A stretch of DNA of 64,000 bases from Octopus vulgaris (Eukaryota): contig OX597820.1 in assembly GCA_951406725.2 (NCBI GenBank), positions 84,010,001 through 84,074,000 of the forward strand, in the 5' to 3' direction. Shown here piece after piece: positions 13,573 through 27,590 of the stretch. Made by a program: the position numbers and the translations under genes. The stretch's first letter is position 1. Every line of letters starts with the position of its first letter. The notes under the pieces were generated by a model. It did not search any database. It saw only the letters and a program-made list of their open reading frames with translations, and was not told where the DNA came from.

Positions 13573-14100
13573 TATTGGTAATGTCTCCTCTGTATTTCGA
13601 AATTGCTCCTATCATCAGTAGACATTTCCAGTGCTATTGGCTAAATCGGAGACAGGGTAGACAGAAAATGGCGGAGAGAGAGAGGTGGGGAGAGAAAGCG
13701 AGAGAGAGAAAGCACAGAGTGTGGAAGGAGGCATAGACAGGAGACAGAGAGTGTAGAGAATCAGAATAAATTGGAGAGAGAAAGTGATTAAAGGAGAAGG
13801 GAAGAAATAAACAACCGTACAAACATCAGGTGCTCTGAAACAGAGCAAGGGAGTGAGTGTGTGACTGCGTGAGTGAAATAGTGAGGGAGAAAAAAACAAA
13901 GAGAGAGAGAGAGAGAGAGAGAAAAGAGTGAGGGAGAGACAGCGAGAGAGAAACACAGTAAAATATCCAGAGAGCTATCGCAGAAGAGATATGAGCAGTA
14001 AGGTAGAATTATATTGAAATTTGTCCAATGTTATTGAACAGTTTGCCAACCTTGATATCATGGGAGAGCGACAGGTGCAACAAACTTCCTGTCTGTGTAT
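13570..14100 (+). promoter_or_regulatory. candidate Pol II promoter / first-exon region
   Basis: Two reverse CCAAT boxes (ATTGG at ~13574 and ~13636), a YY1-type AAAATGGCGG at ~13665, a GA-rich tract 13675-13955, then ATGGGAGAGCGACAG followed by gt (~14059-14075). Confidence 0.3.
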
Positions 14101-14129
14101 TTATCTACTTTTGCATCCTTGCATGCATG

Positions 14130-14288
14130 TACGTATATGTGTGTGTGTGTGTGTGTGTGTTTACATATATACGTACATGCATACATACATATATACATAC
14201 GTAAATATATATTTATGTGCACATATATATATATATATGTATATAATATATACATATAGATATGTACATGTGTATATATCTATATCTA

Positions 14289-14387
<99 letters not shown>

Positions 14388-14480
14388 GTGTATATATATA
14401 TATATATATATATAGCATATACACGTGTATATATATATATATATACACTCATACACACACATACACACACGTACATACAG
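14130..14480. repeat. compound (TG)n/(TATC)n/(TA)n microsatellite
   Basis: Directly visible. Confidence 0.95.
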
Positions 14481-14884
14481 AAGAAAATGGAATAAAGCTG
14501 CAATATCGCCTGCGGGTTTCGAACGCTTTGTCTACAATAAACTATAGCTATCCTAAATCTACATTATAGATGTCGAGTAAAATTTATACGAATTTATTTT
14601 GCGTGCACGCGTGAGGGAGTTTATAATGTGTGAGTGCATGAGTTTACGTGTTTTACCTCAGTCTGTGTGTTGTTCATATGTGTTCCCGTATGTAAAGTTT
14701 ACCTATAAATCAGTGAAATTGCCAATGGCATATTTTATTTGATTTAGGCGGCACATAGCCCTGCAAAACTGACGCTAAATGCTCTTTTTTTCTTCCTTGT
14801 AAGCTCTTAGCATCTCAGAGATTTCACAAATAGAAGACAATATATACTGATGTGATGAGGCAATGTTCAGGTTATATAGGTGCA

Positions 14885-15030
14885 GGGCTGGCTGTGTAGT
14901 AAGAAGTTTACTCCCTAACCATATAATTCCGTAGTTCCAGGATCAATTTCACTTTCTGGCACCTTGGACAAGTGTCTCCTACACTAGCTCGCGCCGAGAA
15001 AAGCCGTTTGAGTGAATTTGGTATACATGC
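14885..15030 (+). mobile_element. SINE head fragment (same family as 11091)
   Basis: ggctgtgtagtaagaagtttactccctaacc...ggcaccttggacaagtgtct...gagtgaatttggta. Confidence 0.75.
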
Positions 15031-16015
15031 ATATGCACCTACCCACGCGCACACATTCACACTACCACGCACATACGCTCGCACACAAACGCACAAACAC
15101 ACACACATGCAAGGACATATATATATATGCAAGTGCAAATGACTGCTGTTCTGTTATGTGTGAAGTCATGTGCATGTACGTATGTATATATACCTGTTCA
15201 TATATGTTTATATATATATGTATATATGTGTGTGTGTCTCTGTCTCCCTCTTTCTCCCTATATATATATATATATATATATAACAAGTATAAACAGAGTT
15301 AACGGTTACACCTACAGGATAAAATATCCGTATATACTATTAGTATTTGTTACCCGTATTATCCCCGGGCATTGTTGTGCAGGAACACCATGCACGTAGA
15401 GTATAAATAACAACAGGATAAACAGCAGTTTATCAGAAACCAATGCAAATAGTCAGAAAACGGAGACAAACTCAGATTAACAAACACATCGATTGAACCA
15501 CAGGGCGGATACCTATGCTACTCTGTTACCATAGGTACTGCTCTTTGATAATCATGTTAGTATTTTCCTTATATACATTTTCTTGATTACTTCTTATTTT
15601 AAACAACCTGCCCTCCCTATTCAAATTGCACTTACCCGTTAATAAATTGTAGTATTCCCTAGACTATTACTAGCTCACACTCTTACCTACAAACCCGGAG
15701 CCCTTTGATGGTAAGTTATATGCTTTTAACTTATTGAGCTTCTAGACTTTTGTCTAGGACATGTTTTCTTTCCTTTTCCTTTTTCACTTTCTTTATATTG
15801 TATGCTCTTGTTTTTTACTCTATTGAAGCTCCGTTTCCTTAATTCGAATGCCTTCACACATTTATTTATAGACACACTTTTGGTAACCAATCACAAACGG
15901 CCGTAAGATGTGTTACGTCACCTATTTTGTTATGTCATGATTTGTATCAGAAATCAAGCTACAAATGTGGTCCAATCAATGTGCTTCTTAATTTGAAGTT
16001 TTATCCATTTCCTAA

Positions 16016-16074
<59 letters not shown>

Positions 16075-16088
<14 letters not shown>

Positions 16089-16217
16089 AATGAGGGTGAA
16101 AAATTATGTATAAATTTGTATTTTCTCCGTAGTTTTTTGTGCTAAGCCACTTGGTGTTAAATTGATGGTATTATTAAATTAATACCGATTTTTCACCCTC
16201 ATTTATAATTTTATAAA
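16075..16217. mobile_element. short foldback element with ~30-bp terminal inverted repeats
   Basis: tataaaattataaatgagggtgaaaaat (~16077-16105) versus atttttcaccctcatttataattttata (~16188-16215). Confidence 0.75.
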
Positions 16218-16594
16218 TTTAACTATGCGGCAGTTAATATTTTATTTGATGCGGCATACGTTTCCAATGGGGTCTAGGCATGCTTTTGGCGCGGAATTTG
16301 AGACATAACTAAAAATGTAATTGGTTGGACCGCTCGTGTTTTTGACGCTCGAATCGATCTAAATAATTGCATTTCTGACAAACTCTACCGAAGATTTATA
16401 GATGCAAATGTAAGTAAAACTACATATTGCATTAGTAATGAAACAATTGTATAGAGTCAATCTATTTTATTCGTTGTATTTCACTTTCCTTCCGTTAAAT
16501 GTATGTTGATTCTAGTTGGAAACAGATCTTCTGTGGTTGCTTCGGAGCTATTTTTAGCACTAGAGTTATCCACATAGTGGATAACTCTCTAATA

Positions 16595-16651
<57 letters not shown>

Positions 16652-17115
16652 TGTGTGTGTATGTATGTATGCATTCCATATTAATAAGCAAATGATATAG
16701 TGGGTTTGGTGTATCGAGATATGTTGCTTCAAACGCCTTAAAACAATTGCTTCATTGTAAATTTTAAATATAATAGTGAAAACATAATGAGCAGTTTACG
16801 TTTCACCGTTTATTTCATGTTTTTCACCTTTAAAATTTTCTCATCTAGAGAAAACGGTGTGTATGTTTACTTATAGCAGTCACGATCTAGACAAATTTAT
16901 GATTGCGGCAAGTGCTAAATGGCAGTATTCAATTGGCCAATTGGCGCCTCGAGAATTTCGCTGTGGAAGGTGTGCTATAATATTTATAAACAAAATTGGT
17001 GTCTTAAATTTTAAATTTTTTCCTGAACTGCGCTGTGGTATAGATATTTATTGCAAATCTGCGTGTTACAATTTCTCTCCTGCTGACGCAAATGTGATTG
17101 CGAAGAGTTTATATA

Positions 17116-18353
17116 CGAGAAAGTACCCCTAAAAAATCGGAAACGTACTCTTCCATGTAGGACAAGCCCTTTGTAGTTCAGGCTTTCGCCGCTAGAAACC
17201 ACTTGATGCGACCCACGGGCATCAGTCTGCCTCTTGGCGTCATATTCCACAATCGTACTGCCAAGTAATGCGTCTTTGTTTTGCAGTGCTTGTCCCCTGT
17301 TCTTTGATATTTGCGATGGTTACAATGCGGCTAAAACACTTGACACATCTCAAACAGCTTATAACCACGCTGCCATGTGCAAACCCTAAATTTAAGAGTG
17401 GTTTTCACGCTTTAGGAATGGTCACTCATCGCTTAAAGACAAACATCGTTCAGGGTAAAGGTCGAGCTCTCGGAAGAATGAAAACATCACGAAATTAATG
17501 AACTGATCTTGGAGGACCGTTACCGAACATTTGACGAGGTTATTGATATGACTAGTGTGTCCTGGAGAGTGTTATTGCGAATAATAAAAGAGGGAGCAAA
17601 ATTTATTCCTCACTCGCTATCAGATGATCAAAAGCAGCCACGACTGAATGCCGGTCGTGAAAGAACAGTTGGAACTTGATCCGGACCTTTTTCATAGGAG
17701 ATCGCTGGTGACGAAAATTGCTACGATCCGGAAACGAAGCAGCAATCAAGAAATAGAAGCACTCGATGTCACCTTGCCCCAAAACAACGAGTCAACTGAA
17801 GTCAAATTTCAACACGATAGTGATTTGTTTCATCGATGTGAAAGTAATTGTTCACATAGAATTTGTTTTACCAGATGAAACTGTTAGCCAGACATTTAAA
17901 ATTGGCAGTTCTGAAAGTTTTGCGAGACACGGTGAGATTAAAACGCCCCGACCTGTGGCAACCTGGAGAGTGGTGTTTTCATCACGACAATGTGCCTGCG
18001 CACACTAAATTGAATGTGAGACAGTTTTTGACCAAAACTGGCATGACCCCGTTTACCAACCCTCCCTCTTCACCTCATCTTGCTTTCTGCGACTTTTCTT
18101 TGTTTCCCTGAATGAATAATGTTCTTAAAGGAAATCGTTTTACAGATGTGGAAAAGGTATAGAAAATTTTCGGAGGCGTTAAAAGGCCTCAATTCGTAAT
18201 AGGGCCAGCATCGCTTCGATCAGTAGAAAACGTGTCAGGGCCGATGCATTGCATCAAATGGAGGATGATTTGAAGGTGGTAAAAATGCAAACAGATAAAA
18301 CTAAATTGATAAAATAGTATTGCATAATTCCAATTTCTTTTGTGTACCCAACG
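17116..18353 (+). mobile_element. near full-length mariner transposon (~1.24 kb), pseudogenised transposase
   Basis: Flanked by TA at both ends. Imperfect TIRs cgagaaagtacccctaaaaaatcggaa / RC cgttgggtacacaaaagaaattggaa. Transposase motifs LRDTVRLKRPDLW...FHHDNVPAH...PPSSPHLAFCDFSLFP...LKGNRF. Confidence 0.92.
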
Positions 18354-20449
18354 TAATTATGCGTGGTGTACTCAATAAAAATTATAAACTCGTATTTACA
18401 TTACTAATATTGTTATGTCTCACAAAACTATCAATAATGTAAAGACTTATCGCAGGGTAGGTATTTTCTCGTTAAAACAGTGTGTGCCTGACGTCTATTT
18501 AGTCTGCTCGTACAGATCACGCACAGATTCACAGCTGTCATCATGCTCATTCAGCTTTGGTAATCCAATACTGAATCTGAAAGTGTTGTACATTGTGTGA
18601 GATTTATTACTTTAGAGGTGTCGGACAAATCCTGATACCAGTACCAAATTACTCTTATCCATTATCTTCGAAACTACTCGCTATTCGTTTTATCTGTTCT
18701 CTCTCCTGCGCCACTGCGTCTGGTGCTCCAGCACGTAACTGTATTTCCTACATGAACCACCGTAGCACAAACAGACCATCTATTTGCAACTTTCTCGTGG
18801 AATTTGTTTTTCGTAAGTATCTCCTATGTGACATTTTATGTTGAGCGAAAGCTACTCGTAGAAAGCTACTCTATGTCTCAAAATGTGCATGAGAACGTAA
18901 AGTTACATGTCTAGAAAAATGTGTACAGCTGCTCCATATATTTAACATTTAGAGATACGATAGTCATGATCCAAACGAGAAGTTATAATGTCTGTTTATA
19001 TGTGAAACCATCAAGATGAAATAAGTTTACACAAGGATGCAGGAGGTAATCGATGTCAAAGAACGCCTTACTGAAGTAGTAGCCGTTTCAAGAAATGATG
19101 AGATTATGATAAAATTGAGGACTGGGAATTCCTATATAGATGTGTAAGGAGATAAGGTAACCTAGCCACTTAATTGAGGTAAGATGAAGTGCACTGAGAT
19201 TGTGAAACATATGTTTGGAGAATTGGATCACTCCAGGAAAGGGATGATTCTAGGTTTGCACAAAGATTAGGATATTTTAGATAATGGTCCTTCTGATCTA
19301 AGAATGACAAATCTAAATATTAAGATGTGAAAGGTCTAGAAGTCGTAGCATCAGACAATCATTTAACTAGTAGAACACACACGTGAGCACCAGTGCACAC
19401 ATATATATATGTTCCTATAAAACATTCAAAGAGATATGAAATGCAAACCATCACAGTTACAGTAAATAAAAGAAAGAATATTGAAAATCCAAGAGTTGAA
19501 AAAGATCTGTCAATAGTAGTGACCACATTTCAAAACATGGGCGAATCTAATTGGCTAATTTGACACAACACATCAGCACCACTGTAATCGTTACGTAACA
19601 TATATCCGTGCAAAAGAATGTAAATATCATTCTCTGTTTTCTCAGAATAATATTTTGAAAAGATGTTCCAATGAAACTGATGGTAATAGTCAATTTTCAA
19701 TCACATTTACAACTGCCCATCACATTGCATCAGAAAATATGTAAATACACACACATATACAAACACGCGCACACACACACTCATAGCATATACAGATACA
19801 TAGATATATATACATCTGTCTCTATCTCTCCCTCTCTTTCTCTCTCTATATATATATAATGCGTAAGTGCGTTGCAGGAAACCTGGTTTGTATCAAGTAA
19901 TATAACAAGATATGTAGGATGGGTGATGAGAGGAAATAAAATAGCATATATCTACTTTTATGCATACTTTCAAAGATCTTTAAAATGTTAAAAGCCTTCA
20001 AAACATTGAAAACGTTTCTATCACGAATTTATATAACGAATTTATATCCATGATCTTTTAAAAAAATTCTATATTCACCAATCTCTCTCGGAAAATTAGA
20101 CCTCTTTTCACTCTACTACTCCGATTGCATTGCATATTGTTTCACTTTCTCTTATTTTATTTCATTTCCCCACTTTATTTTATCCTATCGTTTTTTATAT
20201 TTTATTTTATGTTATTCTATTTCTTCTCACCTTCTTCACAACATATTCTACTAACGGCCTTAGTCTTTTTATCTCACGAATATAGTTCTTGATTAACATG
20301 CACGCCCGCACTTACTGCAGACCAAGTTTCCTCGTTTCACTACTCTGGTGGTATGTTTTCAAGCCACTCAGTAAATTCTGCATGAAAATATATGGTTTTT
20401 GTTCTTTTTTTCGAAATTACTAACGTTTTCTTTCTCTTTTTCCATTTGA

Positions 20450-20860
20450 AGCGATGACAACCATTGCTTTCCCAAACGACCTCTCATATTTTGCATGCCT
20501 TCAACGTGACCTTTGAACAATCGTTAGATCGCTGTCTTCCTTTCCGCTTAGGAGTGAGGTGCTCTCCAGATGTATGTTCGGCATATATCATTTGCGTAAG
20601 GATTCTCCGATCGTCCATCCGAACAAGGTGTCCATTTCAGCGTAAACGGTGCTTTGGCACTAGCACCGCAATGTTCAGGATGTAAACTTTCTTCGAGATC
20701 ATTCTGTTTTGGGTCAGCACGGTCAAGTCAGCAATCAGAATGCGCCTGAAACATCTCTGACGGGAGCGTTCGAGGAACCATACATGATGTCTGTAAAAGA
20801 TCCATGTTTCACATGAGTATAACTGTGATGTCAGAAGACACACACACTATATAACAACAA
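20450..20860 (-). mobile_element. RTE (BovB-like) LINE 3' fragment
   Basis: LYSCETWIFYRHHVWFLERSRQRCFRRIL...RLR*NGHLVRMDDRRILTQMIYAE, matching the RTE motifs LLYGCETW and RWxGHVxRM. Confidence 0.85.
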
Positions 20861-21139
20861 TTTCACCCTTGCTATGCCATGCTGGCATACACAAAACTCA
20901 AAAACCGTGTGGAAAAACTCAGAAAACGATTGTTCAGGTCACTTGTTTCGAGAAATTTGGTGATGGGGTGCAAGCGTGGATCAATGTGTGTAGCGGTATG
21001 GCGCGAAAATTTTCTGTAGAAAATATTGTTAAGCATGGTGGCACCCTTCCTCCAAATTCCTTATATTTAGGTGTTACTCTCAATCATGCTTTTACTGTGG
21101 ATTGATCTTCTTGAATATATATGATACACCGATCTTCTA

Positions 21140-21365
21140 CACCGTCTTATTCACGACCCACTTCGTGCAGATGGTTTCACTTCGGTTGCTAATATAGTTG
21201 AAGACATGCAACCATTTATGGAGCATATTTATGCTTCTTGCAAAGCTTTTGGACTCAGTATTACCAGAACAAATCTGCGGTATTATTCCAGTCGCCAACA
21301 GGAAATCCATATGTGGAACTATCTGTTTTAGCAGTACAGAATAATGTAGAAAAGTTTGTCTTCCT
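21140..21365 (+). mobile_element. RTE LINE RT fragment in opposite orientation
   Basis: LRADGFTSVANIVEDMQPFMEHIYASCKAFGLSIT..KSAVLFQSPTGNPY...NVEKFVFL, a degenerate FADD to KFxYLG region. Confidence 0.65.
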
Positions 21366-21389
21366 GAGACATGAACGGCCTTACGATGC

Positions 21390-22470
21390 CGTCGGGGTTA
21401 TGAAGCAGATAGAAGAGACAGGCTATATGTACTTGGGGGTTTGGAAAGAGAAAGAAATGACACAAAAAATTAAGGTGGAGTTCTTGCGCAGACTGAGACT
21501 CATCCTTAAGTCGAAATTAAACGGACGGAATAAGATTGAAGTTATCAACACTTAGATATGGAGCAGTGGTAATCGCATGGACAATAGATGAACTAAACAC
21601 CTTAGACAGAAAAAACAAGTAAGTCACTAATAATATATGGCACACTCCACCCAGAATGTGATACAGACAGACTGTACGTACCCAAAAAAAAAAAAATTAG
21701 GGCAAGAGGGGTTATTGGATTCGAACACAGCATTAGAGCAGAAGAAAACAACATAGCATGTATGTTAGAAGTGACACATAATCGCGATTTTTAGAAGTAG
21801 ATTGAAAGATTGCAAAGATAAAGCTATATACAAGCATTTGAAAACGACTGAAACTGAAAATAGGTGGGTAAAGAAAAGAATGCATGGTCAATTTCATAGG
21901 GATGTTGAAGATAAGACAGACACAGATAAAGGATAGCTGTGGATGACTAAAAGTGATTTAAAACCGGAAACAGAAGCTCTAATCTGTGTTCCCCAAGAGC
22001 AAGCACAAAGTGCAAACTACATAAACTACAGAATAGACAGTACCTCAGTAAGTGGTAAGTGCAGAATTTGTGGGCAAAATAGTGAAATCGTATGGTCTAT
22101 TACCAGCCAATGTACGCCACTCGCCCAGAAAGAATATAAGAGATGCCACGACAATACAGCAAGGCTTATCCATTGGATCCTTTGCAACAAGTATTGACTT
22201 GACATATCAAAAACTTGGTATGACAAAAAACCCGAAGGCAACGTCAAAAATTATAATGCAATGATCTTATGGGAGTTTATGATCCAGTGCGACCATGGGA
22301 TACTAATAGGAAGCAAGACATAGACTTAACTGAGAAAGAAAGCGAACTATGCTGGATCATAGATATAGCATGCCCAACTGCCAACAACTTATGCGATAAC
22401 GAAGAAAGAAAAGTCGATAGATATCATAGGGTAGCTTGGGCAGTTAAGCAGTTGTGTTCGCTGAAACAAC
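21390..22470 (+). mobile_element. R4/Dong-clade (restriction-like endonuclease) LINE 3' fragment
   Basis: YMYLGV..EFLRRLRLILKSKLNGRNKIEVINT; LHPECDTDRLYVP; KRMHGQF; LKPETEALICVPQEQ; CRICG..C..LAQKEYKRCHD; ILWEFMIQCDH; WIIDIACP. Confidence 0.92.
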
Positions 22471-23298
22471 AATGTGCATCGATGGCTGGAAACGTTGTAC
22501 GGAAACTGGTAGTACAAAAACACTTCAGTGGGAAACTATCAGCTGAGTCCTGTAAAACGAATCACTAACAAGTTCATGAATTGCTTCTTGTGGGGAGACG
22601 AATCCCAATGCGTAAGCAGACTGCGGTCACAATGCATAACGGAAAACCTTTTCTAAGGAAGAACCTCGAGTACTGATACCAAATTCGCAGGCAAGAATTG
22701 GGAACAGTTCCCCGATCTCTTAGACTTTTTACAGCAAATGAATGCACCTAAATTGCTGAAGAGACAAAGATCGTCATAGAATATTATGGTAACTCTTTGA
22801 TGGGTGAACAGGACGTCGTTTCCTTTGTTCTACTGGAAGAAGAATGCAACGTGAACACTGAGTTGTTTACATAGAATTTCGAATTTCACCTATTCGTAAC
22901 AATGAAGGGCAGTTTTCGATGACAACGATTTGATGACACAAATAAAGTGAAAATTTGCAGCAGTAAATAGTTTCAACATTGCACACAAGAATATTTTTGA
23001 AAAACTACAAAATTGCACATATCGATTGAACAGATATATCACCTCTGGTGGAGAGAATTCTGAGACGAGTATGTGTATAAACAAAACTGTTCTCTAAGAA
23101 TATATGCAATTTGAACGGCCTCTGACAGGTAATACAAGACCACGTTCTGTCTGAGCGTATGTGTGCGTGATATATACTTGAATATATTACAGAGGTATAC
23201 TAACATATATGCCTATGTCACTTTTTAAATGTCAATAATAACTACTTATTTAAATAAATATTAATACGTATTGGAACCATGAAGTAGAGTATGTATAC

Positions 23299-23341
<43 letters not shown>

Positions 23342-24902
23342 AACGAATATATAAAAATAAGTATTTGTGTGTAATGTGTGTGTATAAGTGTGCGGAATAT
23401 ATTTACATGCATATATGTATGCAAAAATATGTGTATAGGAATGTATATCTATAAAGATTCTTGTTGTACGTCATATACACACATGCATATAAATATATAT
23501 AGGTGAATATGTGTGTGTGTGTGTGTGTGAGTGTGTGCACGTACTTGTTTTAGCATAAGCAATATGCACAAATAAAGACTTCCATAACAGATATTTTAAT
23601 ATTGCAAACACACTGTAACACACGCACAAATACTTGCACGTCCACGAACGGACACACAAGCGCACGAGCGTGCAGCTGCATACGCACATATGATCATAAA
23701 CACGCTGACTCTTCAACACAGGCGAAAAAAAAACAAAATATTTTCACGTTAAGCCACATAGTAGTATACATAATTACGATAAATAGGTTTACGAAAGAAT
23801 TGCTCTGAGGGCAGCTATTAAATATTGCAGTGATTTTGTGTAGACACAGCATTCTTAGTATTTATCGAAACCATTGTTATTTATAATTGCTGACCGACGA
23901 GGTCTCACACTAGTTATTGTTGAGTATGAATGTCTGTGCCTGTGTGTGACAACATGTGTTTGACGGCGCACATACGTAAATAAATCCATCACAGACACAC
24001 ACAAATACACAAACAGACGCAAACACACACACACACGCATATATATATATACACACAGAGATGCATAGACACGTATGTAAATATATATAAATATAAATGC
24101 CTATGTATTAATAAGTGTTTGTACATATATATGTTGGTGTGTTTATTTCTATGTATGACCTCGCATCTTTTATATGTTTTTTTTTTCTTTTAATTTGTTT
24201 GATATTTTCTTCTCTTTTACTTTTTGTCGACGTTATGTCTGTGCTAACTTTCTGAGTTGTATTCCATTACTTTCGGGGCATGATAATCATTATTTTTAAC
24301 ATTGTTTTTTAAATTTTATTATTTTTTTTGGTGAACGATAGAACTGATGATGAGGACGATGATGATGATGATGATCATCATCAAGGACCCTAGAGGGGAA
24401 TGTGGAACTTTACCGTATTTTAGAGTTTGAGATTTTGAGGATGAACATTTCTAGATCTATTATTACATCAGGGAAGAACTGTATATAATTGATGTTATCG
24501 ACAATATTGCATCGCACCAGTGCTCATTATCTAGAATATAAATATGAATATATATACCTACAAGTTTGTTTGTGCATGTGTGTATCTGTATGTATATTAT
24601 CTGTTTTTTGTTGACCTGTCTCACCACGAAAAAATACAGCATTGTTTATTATTTTTTTAAATTCCAGACCAACACCGAACTCCATATCTATTTTCATGTT
24701 CAATGATTGAAACTCATTGCTGTTATTACAACTATCTGTTATGATTTAAGGAATGATTAAGATGCTATTTCATGCAAATAAATTTAATCTCTAAGTAAGC
24801 GCATTAATGAAATGAAACGACGTTGATTTTGGACGCGATAATATATAATTACTTGTATATAGCTCAAGCGGCAGTGCAAGTTTTATGTGTAGGTGTATAT
24901 AT

Positions 24903-24969
<67 letters not shown>

Positions 24970-25014
24970 CGGTAGGTAAATGAAAGACAGAAGATGATAA
25001 ACACGAGAATTTTG

Positions 25015-25125
25015 ATTAATTACGACAATTGTTTCGACACATCTATCATCAATCTCTTGCGGGTGGAATACGTAACAACTAGTTCAGGACCGTCCGACGG
25101 TACTGGTGGGTCTCTTCGGATGATA
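25015..25125 (-). ncRNA. degenerate Penelope-type hammerhead-like motif
   Basis: The reverse complement reads CCGAAGA-GAC...(long insert)...GTC-GAAAC-AATT-GTC; stem III is the palindrome ACAATTGT. Confidence 0.45.
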
Positions 25126-25499
25126 AATAGAAATAACTCATTAAAATAGCAGTTCCCTTATATGTCTTCTCGTTTCTTGTAAAGAAAAACAGAAAATTGA
25201 AGGATATATCTTGAATTACATAACAGATCAATAATAAATTAACGGATGCAAAGATTAAATGCACACGCAATACAGCGAGCAAGGTATTAAAATAAACGTT
25301 AACGGATATGGATGTATAAACGCCCTGGCGCTAGCGGCATGACGCATGTACAGTTTCTCATACAAGAGTTCACGAAGATAAAAGCATAGGCACACGTGAT
25401 GTTTTGTGCTCACACATTCACATAGCGTTTTAAATAGCTACTTGATGTTTATAAGAATGGGGAGGTTAAAGCTAAACTTAATTCATCCATACCGTAAAG

Positions 25500-26090
25500 A
25501 AAATTACCGTCATATTTCCAAGGTTTTACATTTATAATAGTGACATCACTAACAATATCCGACCGCATTTTAACACTTGTATTTCTAGTGTTCACCTTCA
25601 TTAATTTCCTCATTAATATATTGCTAATTTCTTCCGATGGCATACTATTTTTTCTTTATATGTTCTATATTTCCACAACGAAAGTACTCCGCTTTCTTAA
25701 ATGGACATTTTTGTCCTCGGGTATATACCTCCATATGAAAAACATGGGTTTATTTCCTGATTTCTGTCATGTTTTTAGAAAATACTTTATCCCTATTATG
25801 ACTATTCCCTACTTGCTTTTCTTGGAAACAATATTCATGTTTAATTTTCTTTGAGTCGTGTCTTAATTGTACTATCTTTTCATATTCTTCTGACATTTGT
25901 TGTAGAGTTACATCCTGCTTTTGTTTCAGCTTTGTGAGAATTCTAGTTATAATTTCTGCGTCCTGTTAAGTAGTAAGTTTCTGTTACTTGAACATATCTG
26001 GCGTTAATTTGCCCAGCTTAATATCCTCGAATCCCCTGTTTATACTACCAGCATATGTGATATACTACTCACCATTGCTTTTCTCTATGT
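25500..26090 (-). mobile_element. Ty3/Gypsy (Mag-like) gag-protease relic
   Basis: YITYAGSINRGFEDIKLGKLTPDMFK..DAEIITRILTKLKQKQDVTLQQMSEEYEKIVQLRHD is homologous to the gag at ~53000-53200; SDVTIINVKPWK resembles the protease DTGSDVSIIN. Confidence 0.8.
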
Positions 26091-26104
26091 TCAGATCTTT
26101 CCAA

Positions 26105-27590
26105 GGTGGAGTTACCAACATGTTCCAAATTATACAATCAGACTTACCAATAGTCCAGCAAAGCCCCAAAATGGGAAACCTATAAGAAAATAACTGCATC
26201 AGAAACGGTAAATACCAAGAGAAAACCTGAAAAAACAACTGACAGGAGCAAAGTTCTCATCAGAGAATGAAACCGGATTCTTTGTGAAAGTATGTGGAGA
26301 TAGTAGATGTGGGATCTGCAGTAACCGCACCTACAAATATATAGAGGAAAACAGCCAAATAAAATTTAAGAGTGGACACACATTCAAAATAAATGCAAAC
26401 ATAAATTGCAAGACACAAAACTTAATATATTGCATAACCTGTCGCACATGCAAGGAGAACTATATAGGTGAAACTGGCAATTCTTTATGCCAACGAGCCA
26501 GAATTCACGGGCAATATATCCGACAGGGAGAGCTACAAAATATTTCACTAAGTAAACACTTAGCAACATGTGGAGAAGGAAGATTTAAGATCTTTCCCTT
26601 CTATACATGCCCAAGGAATGATACCTTCTTCAGAAAAACATATTGAACAAAACTTCATAGCAAATTCTACCCCAAACTCAATGGCAGCTGAAAATATGAA
26701 AATCACATCAACTTCCTTATAAACCCATCTGGAACCCTAAGATATATGCACATATGTGTGCGTATGTTTATACAGAAATAGAGGCATTCTTGCATCCAGA
26801 TTTTCCAACACATACCAGCATGGGAATCAAACATTGGACAATGATGATGATGATGATGATGATGATGATAATAAGTCCAGACAAATTTTTGAAAATAACG
26901 TTCCCTATTCCTAATCAAAACAGACAGCCCATAGAGTAACCACCTGGCCTTGCCATTTTCACAGACCAAGAATCAAATTGTCATCTTCTATTGAAAGAAC
27001 TGACCAATTGCATAGATATAAAAACAACTTTTCTTCTTTCTTTCTTCCTTCCTTTCTTTCCTTCTATTTTCTATTGACATTAAGAAAAACACATTTTCTC
27101 ACTTTGAAAACAGTTTCCTTTCAGACCCCCTGGTGAGCTGGCTGGACCAAAACAAGCATCTTTTCCAGCCACCTACTTAAAAAATATTCTTTTTCTTTAT
27201 CACCTATTCAAAACACTTCCTTTCATATACATAGGCACACACACACACATGAACACATATACTCTCTCTCACTTTCTCCCTCCACTATCTCTCTCTTTTC
27301 ATACCCTGTACACGCCACATTGCTTTCATTTCCCCCACTCACTCTCCACCAACCCATTTACTAATATTATAAAAAGACACATTTTTTTCTTGCAAAATAA
27401 AGACTCGAACTATATATTCGTGGACTAAACAAAACAGTTGTTAAACAGAACAGGAAATACGTGGATGGAAGAGTCACTGATGGTGTTAGAGGTGTTTGAT
27501 GAAATAATTACAGTAATAAACGAGTGAAGAACGAGTATTTGGTGTGTATGTCTTTATTTAGCAAGAAAGTAAAACGACCATCCCAAAACA
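26105..27590 (+). mobile_element. Penelope-like element 3' portion: GIY-YIG endonuclease and trailer
   Basis: ORF 26284-26646 CGDSRCGIC...NCKTQNLIYCITCRTCKENYIGETGNSLCQRARIH...SKHL (PLE GIY-YIG with a Cys-rich linker as in Neptune-type PLEs), preceded by NLKKQLTGAKF and ending FYPKLN. A hammerhead-like CTGATGG...GAAATAATTAC lies at ~27478-27510. Confidence 0.88.

Noticed and set aside
25449-26090. Possible third copy of the ORF1-only element
   Set aside because: Translation matches Gypsy gag/protease (homologous to 53000-53600), not the 49121/50796 proteins.
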